Shown here: positions 58,964 through 64,000 of the stretch, in pieces | How the letters are laid out: each line of letters begins with the position of its first letter | How positions within the stretch are numbered: the stretch's first letter is position 1 | Assembly (NCBI GenBank): GCA_964604305.1 | Contig: CAZRYM010000005.1 | Coordinates: 7,217-71,216, forward strand | DNA: 64,000 nucleotides | Direction: 5' to 3' | Source of the DNA: an uncultured Thermotogaceae bacterium | GTDB taxonomy: Bacteria; Thermotogota; Thermotogae; MWEM01 | Program-made: the position numbers and the translations under genes | Notes under the pieces: model-generated | Databases searched by the model: none | The model's input: only the letters and a program-made list of their open reading frames with translations | What the model was told of the DNA's origin: nothing

Positions 58964-59572
58964 TTAATCCCCAATACCATGCTCTTTTAACAATTTCTTT
59001 AATCTCTTTCTAGCATAATAAATCCGACTTTTAACTGTGCCCAGAGGTTTTTCAGTTATTTTACTAATCTCTTCATAATCCATTCCCTCAATGTCCCTTA
59101 AAGTAATGAAAAGATTATCCTCTTCAGACAACTTCCCCAATACACTTCTAAAATCCTCTATCCTAAGTTCGTTTCTTATATCTTCTTCAATATCGGTTTC
59201 AGAAGCGGGTTCTCCAATTCCTCCGTTTTCCTCATCTTCGAAATCCGTAAACGTTTCAGATCTCTTGGAGTATTTCTTTAAAGTATCCTTGCAAACATTT
59301 ACTGCGATACGATATAACCAGGTAGAAAAAGCTGAATCACCCTTGAATCTTTTGATACTTTTATAGACCCTAAAAAAAACTTCCTGTATGACATCCTCAA
59401 CATCGTCAACATTTAAATAAGATCTTGCGATTCCGCCTACCATACTCGCATAACGGTCATAAAGTGCTTCATAAGCCCATATCTTCTTTTTTTTGAGGGC
59501 TTTAATGAATTCCTTTTCCCCTTCGCGTATCTCCTGAGGGCTTTTTTCCTGATTTTTTTCATTGGAAAACAC
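58964..59572 (-). CDS. ECF-family RNA polymerase sigma factor (sigma-70 regions 2 and 4)
   Basis: Region 2 (ALYDRYASMVGGIARSYL...DVIQEVFFRVYKSIKRF...FSTWLYRIAVN) and region 4 (EEISKITEKPLGTVKSRIYYARKRL). Confidence 0.85.
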   Translation of the reverse strand: MFSNEKNQEKSPQEIREGEKEFIKALKKKKIWAYEALYDRYASMVGGIARSYLNVDDVEDVIQEVFFRVYKSIKRFKGDSAFSTWLYRIAVNVCKDTLKKYSKRSETFTDFEDEENGGIGEPASETDIEEDIRNELRIEDFRSVLGKLSEEDNLFITLRDIEGMDYEEISKITEKPLGTVKSRIYYARKRLKKLLKEHGIGD

Positions 59573-59625
59573 GCGCGTTTCCCCCCTACATAGGTTTAGA
59601 CTAAGAAAACTTCTAAAAGTTCAAA

Positions 59626-60405
59626 CTATTCGCTAAACCAATCAATTATTTCCCTTGCTACTCTTTCCTTTTCGACATCATTGACCACAACATGAGGGCT
59701 CTTTTCCAAGATTACGCTCTCTTTTTTTTCGGATGAGATGCCTTTTTCGATCATATACAAAACATCAACAGGTACTGTTTGATCATTTTTAGAAACGATT
59801 GTGAGGCAATCAGAATGTACTTTATTTAATCTTGTTCTGGTCAGTCTCTGAAGTTTTAGTAGATCTTGTGCCTTCGTTGGCCAATCGTAATCCCAATATT
59901 CCTTTTGAAGCTTTTGTAAATGTGCCTCTTTATGATTTTCAGATAATGGTCTCTTGATCTTTTTTTTAAATAAGCCCACAAATGGAGTGAGATAAATCAT
60001 CTTATTATAAGCCTTCAAAGCGGGAGCAGCTAGAGCAATTTTTTGAGGCCGAAATATAGACGACAATAACAGCGTCAACAACCCTCCCATGGAAAGACCG
60101 CAACAAAACACCTCCGAGAACTCTTGGATTAGGTTTAAATAGGAATCAGTTACCTTTCGAAGCCATTGGTTGTAATTGCTGTTCAAGAAATCAACATGAT
60201 TTGTGCCATGTCCGGGTAATCTGGGAATATATACTGAAAATCCGGCTTCATGAAGTTTTTTTCCTAAATACAGCATATCATGTGGAGATCCGGTATAACC
60301 ATGGATTAAAAGAATGCATGTATCACTGCCTCTGTAAAAGTGCTCCTGGCACTCTGGTGCTGCCAATGTGGTGTTTTTATCAACGTTATCAATCCACATG
60401 ATCAA
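59626..60405 (-). CDS. Alpha/beta-hydrolase fold esterase/lipase
   Basis: ILLIHGYTGSPHDM...PGHG and nucleophile elbow GLSMGG. Confidence 0.8.
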   Translation of the reverse strand: MIMWIDNVDKNTTLAAPECQEHFYRGSDTCILLIHGYTGSPHDMLYLGKKLHEAGFSVYIPRLPGHGTNHVDFLNSNYNQWLRKVTDSYLNLIQEFSEVFCCGLSMGGLLTLLLSSIFRPQKIALAAPALKAYNKMIYLTPFVGLFKKKIKRPLSENHKEAHLQKLQKEYWDYDWPTKAQDLLKLQRLTRTRLNKVHSDCLTIVSKNDQTVPVDVLYMIEKGISSEKKESVILEKSPHVVVNDVEKERVAREIIDWFSE

Positions 60406-60911
60406 TCATTTTCCCTTCGGTGTTCTTTCGAGAGAGTAACATACTTTTGGGCATGGGCTTGGAGATCTTTTTGATTATTATCCAATTTCTTTTTCAGAAT
60501 TGATGGTGTCCCGGCGTATAAAGATGACTCTTCACAAATCTGACCTTCTTTCACTAAAGAGCCGGCAGCAATGACTGTTCCGGATTTAACCTCTGATTTG
60601 TTTAATACGATTGCGCCAATCCCGATTAAGACGTTATCTTGAATGGTACAACCATGTAATATTGCATTATGCCCTACCGTCACATTTGCCCCGACAATAG
60701 TTGAAACACCGGTGTCTGTGTGGATCGTGGCGTTGTCTTGTATATTGGAGTTTTCCCCTACTGTAATAGAAGCCATATCACCCCGTAATACAGCTCCATA
60801 CCAAATACTGGCACCCTTTTCAATAGTCACATCTCCAACCACGGTTGCATTTGCAGCAATAAACGTATCGGGATGTATTTTTGGATGTTTACCGTTATAC
60901 GCTAATATCAA
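60402..60911 (-). CDS. Gamma-class carbonic anhydrase family / hexapeptide-repeat (PaaY-like) protein
   Basis: Left-handed beta-helix hexapeptide repeats with conserved His ligands (ATIHTD..., NAILHGC). Confidence 0.8.
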   Translation of the reverse strand: MILAYNGKHPKIHPDTFIAANATVVGDVTIEKGASIWYGAVLRGDMASITVGENSNIQDNATIHTDTGVSTIVGANVTVGHNAILHGCTIQDNVLIGIGAIVLNKSEVKSGTVIAAGSLVKEGQICEESSLYAGTPSILKKKLDNNQKDLQAHAQKYVTLSKEHRREND

Positions 60912-60913
60912 CT

Positions 60914-61900
60914 CTATCCCTCCTGAAACTCTTCATACTCTGCGACATGAAAGGTATTTAACTTATTATTGGTACTTTCATACCATTCACAGATGATTTT
61001 TTGGGCAAAATCCCTTTTCAAAAAACCTGCCTCAATCCTTTGACGGGCTACCGGGTTTCTGAATATGGAAGGGTTGGCTAAAACTTTCAATTTTAAGGGA
61101 GATTGAACCAGTACGACTTTATCAATTGAGTTTATATTTGATAATCTTTCTACAATTTTATCTGTTATTGCCTTTGCAGGTAACGGGTTGATATTGATCA
61201 AGGCAATATTTGAACTGAGAGGGCCGATAATCTTTACGTTTGCCAAAAGAGCGTTGAATGAGGCCCCTTCTAGAATATCCAATAGAATTTCATTGGATAG
61301 GCATACACTATGGCCATGATATTCAGGAACGATTAGCATTTTAAGCAAATGCTTTGCCTTACACCCCTCACGATGAACAGATTCTCCTATTTTAACTCTG
61401 GATTCATCGACATCATAGTAAGACAAAATTGATCTGATTTCATCTTTGCCAAGTTCTAAAAAAGGGGCATAAACACGATTCATGAGCTTAAAACCATATT
61501 CTCCCCAACTGTCCGATAAATTTGCTCCCGTTGCAATTAATAAATCTCTGTCTTTGGCGAGAATTTTTACCCCGGCAATTTTCACCTTTTTTGTGCACCT
61601 GTTACAAGAAGGACCGTTTCTCAATACCTTTTCCTGAACATTTCTCATTTCCACAAAATTCAACTCGCAACCTAACTCCGACGATGTTTTTAAAACATTT
61701 TCCAAAGTTCTGGAATAGGTATAAGGCCCATAAATGACATGAACAAGTTTGACGTGGTGATTTCCCAATGCATCCGCACAGATATAAGCCAAAGCTGTGG
61801 AATCCAATCCTCCAGAAAAACCTATCATTAGCGGAAATTTATCCACACTTTCAATTATATCATCTTTGATTTTTTTCACAAGGCTTAAGGGCTTTTCCAA
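60914..61900 (-). CDS. PP-loop superfamily ATP pyrophosphatase (LarE/TIGR00268/TtuA-like), start uncertain
   Basis: SGGLDS PP-loop (MIGFSGGLDSTALAY) and Cys-containing GPSCNRCTKK. The ORF-track N-terminus (to 62047) overlaps the GalK 3' end in another frame. The true start is probably TTG 61900, GTG 61879 or ATG 61828. Confidence 0.6.
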   Translation of the reverse strand: MEKPLSLVKKIKDDIIESVDKFPLMIGFSGGLDSTALAYICADALGNHHVKLVHVIYGPYTYSRTLENVLKTSSELGCELNFVEMRNVQEKVLRNGPSCNRCTKKVKIAGVKILAKDRDLLIATGANLSDSWGEYGFKLMNRVYAPFLELGKDEIRSILSYYDVDESRVKIGESVHREGCKAKHLLKMLIVPEYHGHSVCLSNEILLDILEGASFNALLANVKIIGPLSSNIALININPLPAKAITDKIVERLSNINSIDKVVLVQSPLKLKVLANPSIFRNPVARQRIEAGFLKRDFAQKIICEWYESTNNKLNTFHVAEYEEFQEG

Positions 61901-61901
61901 A

Positions 61902-62981
61902 TTAATCAACAATACAAGCCCCCTGAGAGGGATTGACCTGGTAAAAATCGAATTCAGTTTGAAATCTTTTCTTGTAAGCTGTATTGAGTTCTCTGAATGT
62001 AGCAGCAGTAATACCTTTTTCAGCCAGGAAAATAATACTGCCTCCAAACCCCCCTCCCATTATTCTTGCCCCATAAACAAATGGCATTTCATTTATGGCA
62101 TCAACTAAAAAATCAATTTCCTCGCAGCTGCATTCATAATCGTCACGAAGACTGAAATGAGTAAGTGTCAATAACTCTCCTACCCGTTTATCATCTCCCG
62201 TTTCCAAAGCGGTTCGACAAGCCAGCACGCGTTCATTTTCAGTTAAAACATGTCTGGCTCGTTTATATTCAGTATCTTCCAATAAGTTTTTAAATTCATT
62301 TAGATAGTTAATATCCAATTCTCTGAAAGAATTTTTCCCCAGCTTATTAAGAGCGCTTTCACATTGTATTCTTCGTTTGTTGTATTCTCCATCGCCCAGC
62401 GAATGATTGACATTAGAATCTAAAATATAAAATTGAGAATCTTTTAGTTTGATTTCAACGTATTTGTAGTCCATGGTCATGGTATCGAGGAAAACAGCAT
62501 GATCTTTTTTTCCCATTACTGAAATGAATTGGTCCATGATACCGCATTTAACGCCAACAAATTCGTTTTCTATTTTCTGAGCGAATTTATAAACATCCTC
62601 TTTATCAAGGGACAAGCCAACGTGATTTGATATTGCCATGATGGTAGCGACTTCAATCGCAGCACTGCTGGATAGCCCGGCACCTATGGGTATATTTGAT
62701 TCTACTTCGATTTTAAGGGGCGGGATATGTAGATTGTAAATCATGGTAAAAAAATAGAGGGTTCCCTTTATGTAATCAGTCCAATCTCCGGTTTTGGTTA
62801 GTGAATTTGTCTTGAAAGTCTTACTTCCAAATCCTTTTGACGAGATAAGATGTTGCTTCTCTTTAGAATCCGAAACATGGACATTTGTGGTTTTATCAAT
62901 CGCAAATGGCAGAATAAAACCGTCATTATAATCAACATGTTCACCGATAATATTGACCCTTCCGGGAGCTTTTGTATACAA
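61902..62981 (-). CDS. galK: Galactokinase-like GHMP kinase
   Basis: GalK signature APGRVNIIGEHVDYNDGFILPFAI and GHMP ATP motif PIGAGLSSSAA. Confidence 0.8.
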   Translation of the reverse strand: MYTKAPGRVNIIGEHVDYNDGFILPFAIDKTTNVHVSDSKEKQHLISSKGFGSKTFKTNSLTKTGDWTDYIKGTLYFFTMIYNLHIPPLKIEVESNIPIGAGLSSSAAIEVATIMAISNHVGLSLDKEDVYKFAQKIENEFVGVKCGIMDQFISVMGKKDHAVFLDTMTMDYKYVEIKLKDSQFYILDSNVNHSLGDGEYNKRRIQCESALNKLGKNSFRELDINYLNEFKNLLEDTEYKRARHVLTENERVLACRTALETGDDKRVGELLTLTHFSLRDDYECSCEEIDFLVDAINEMPFVYGARIMGGGFGGSIIFLAEKGITAATFRELNTAYKKRFQTEFDFYQVNPSQGACIVD

Positions 62982-63065
62982 AAAAACACCTCCTGTTTGT
63001 TCTATCTATTCAATTTTACCATGAATTCAGCACCAGAGGAAGTAAACGGAATTTGATAATTAAGA

Positions 63066-63557
63066 TTAAAAGAGAATTTGGCAGAAATAAAATTGCCCGG
63101 ATTCTCCCTGACCAATGCCAATAGCGGTATATTGACAATTTTTTAACAGATTGAAACGATGGAACGGACTGGCAACAAATAATTCAAAGGCCTTTTTGGC
63201 AGGGTCAATGCATATTTGAAAATAACAGCAGTTTTCTACTACTGAAACAAAACCAAAAGAGTTGTTTTGAGTTAAAGATTCCTGTTTAACATATTCCATA
63301 ATCAGATTTGCCCTGATATTAAATCCTCTGTGTGCAAGATATTTATCCTTTGAAGCCTGATTGTTAGCGTGTTCTTGAGCAATAAATGAATACATTTGTT
63401 CGAGGTCTTCCAGCCCATTTTCTCTTCTGTAATTATTGACATATAAAAGAAAACGGCTGCGAACCTCTTCCAAGGTGAGTGTTTTCTCCATTCCGAATAG
63501 AGTTGAAAAGAGGCAAAGAAAAAGACAAAAGAAAACGAAAAGTCTCATTGATATCAC
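63066..63557 (-). CDS. Secreted CAP/SCP/PR-1-like domain protein
   Basis: Signal peptide (MISMRLFVFFCLFLCLFSTLFG) and CAP motifs (HRGFNIRANL, SPFHRFNLL). Confidence 0.6.
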   Translation of the reverse strand: MISMRLFVFFCLFLCLFSTLFGMEKTLTLEEVRSRFLLYVNNYRRENGLEDLEQMYSFIAQEHANNQASKDKYLAHRGFNIRANLIMEYVKQESLTQNNSFGFVSVVENCCYFQICIDPAKKAFELFVASPFHRFNLLKNCQYTAIGIGQGESGQFYFCQILF

Positions 63558-63581
63558 GGCCTTTAAATAGCTTAATACTCA

Positions 63582-64000
63582 TTAATCATCTTTGACAAAA
63601 CGATCGAACTCCAAAGTAAAGAAGAAAGTACTGCCCTTACCAGGGATACTCTCAACTTTTAGTGAACTACCCATATATTCCAAAAGAGAATTTGATATTG
63701 TCAATCCAAGTCCTGTTCCTCCGTATTCCCTTGTTATTGAATTGTCTGCTTGTGTGAAAGAACGAAAAATATCCGACATTTTTTCTTTTGGAATACCGAT
63801 TCCCGTATCAATAACTGAGAATTTGCATTGAATTGTCTCTTCGCTTTGTGAAATCAATTTGATTTCGAGTAAAACAGACCCTTTTGAAGTAAATTTCACT
63901 GCATTACTTAACAAATTACTGATGACCTGACTGATCCTTAAAGGGTCAGAATAAACAGAGGCTTTTTGCGTTTCGTCTATGTTGTAATTTAATGTAATAC
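63582..64000 (-). CDS. Sensor histidine kinase, C-terminal HATPase_c part (gene continues past window end)
   Basis: N box LSNAVKFT, G1 DTGIGIP, G2 GGTGLGLTISNSL. The ORF runs off the 3' window edge. Confidence 0.7.
   Translation of the reverse strand, partial: ITLNYNIDETQKASVYSDPLRISQVISNLLSNAVKFTSKGSVLLEIKLISQSEETIQCKFSVIDTGIGIPKEKMSDIFRSFTQADNSITREYGGTGLGLTISNSLLEYMGSSLKVESIPGKGSTFFFTLEFDRFVKDD

Noticed and set aside
61901-62047. N-terminal 49 codons of the PP-loop ORF as given in the ORF track
   Set aside because: This stretch overlaps the 3' end of the GalK-like gene in a different frame on the same strand. The translated sequence (MEAVLFSWLKKVLLLLHSEN...) looks non-native. The real start is probably downstream, at about 61900 or later.
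1-64000. Searched for CRISPR arrays, IS elements/transposases, integrases, phage blocks and rRNA
   Set aside because: I found no regularly spaced direct repeats, no DDE or tyrosine-recombinase-like ORFs, and no rRNA-like sequence. The only tRNA lacks any adjacent integrase or attachment-site-like duplication.

Overview
This 64 kb window is a gene-dense, low-GC bacterial chromosomal segment. The gene order looks like a Firmicutes/Thermotogae-type genome: rplU-prp-rpmA, rapZ(yvcJ)-yvcK-whiA, pnp followed by an M16 peptidase, and disA.

Most of it is core housekeeping. Present are coaD (3' end), a lysine 2,3-aminomutase, hpf, RNase G, a GH57 glycoside hydrolase, pnp, rpoD/dnaG, an r-protein operon (L21-Prp-L27-L13-S9), disA, yceD-rpmF, fliG-fliH-fliI, zapA, rapZ-yvcK-whiA-nrdR-greA-lysS, a GT4 glycosyltransferase, nrnA, tsaC/sua5, rimO-pgsA-thpR, recA-recX-rny, a sugar ABC importer with a fused two-domain permease, a tRNA-Ser(GGA), an ECF sigma/anti-sigma pair, and galK.

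Between these lie accessory-like stretches, described below.

- **Nucleotide-signalling operon (10467-15975).** It is translationally coupled behind pnp and the M16 peptidase. It holds two tandem paralogous HD-GYP proteins with degenerate GYP motifs, an NPP/alkaline-phosphatase-superfamily phosphodiesterase, a fusion of the ribosomal L9 N-domain to a Regnase/NYN-like RNase domain, and an orphan cytoplasmic PAS histidine kinase. A GGDEF cyclase converges from the other strand.
- **Two paralogous 36-aa ORFs (17936-18242).** Each has a strong SD. They are too short for the ORF track.
- **Envelope-stress-like operon (20088-22113).** It encodes a DUF2089 regulator, a small TM protein, a DUF4097 SGDI-repeat protein and an RHH protein.
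- **A B12-binding radical SAM gene with a hotdog protein and a Zn peptidase (22354-24891).**

I found no CRISPR array, transposase, integrase or rRNA. All functional calls come from reading the translated ORFs for recognisable family motifs; no database search was run.
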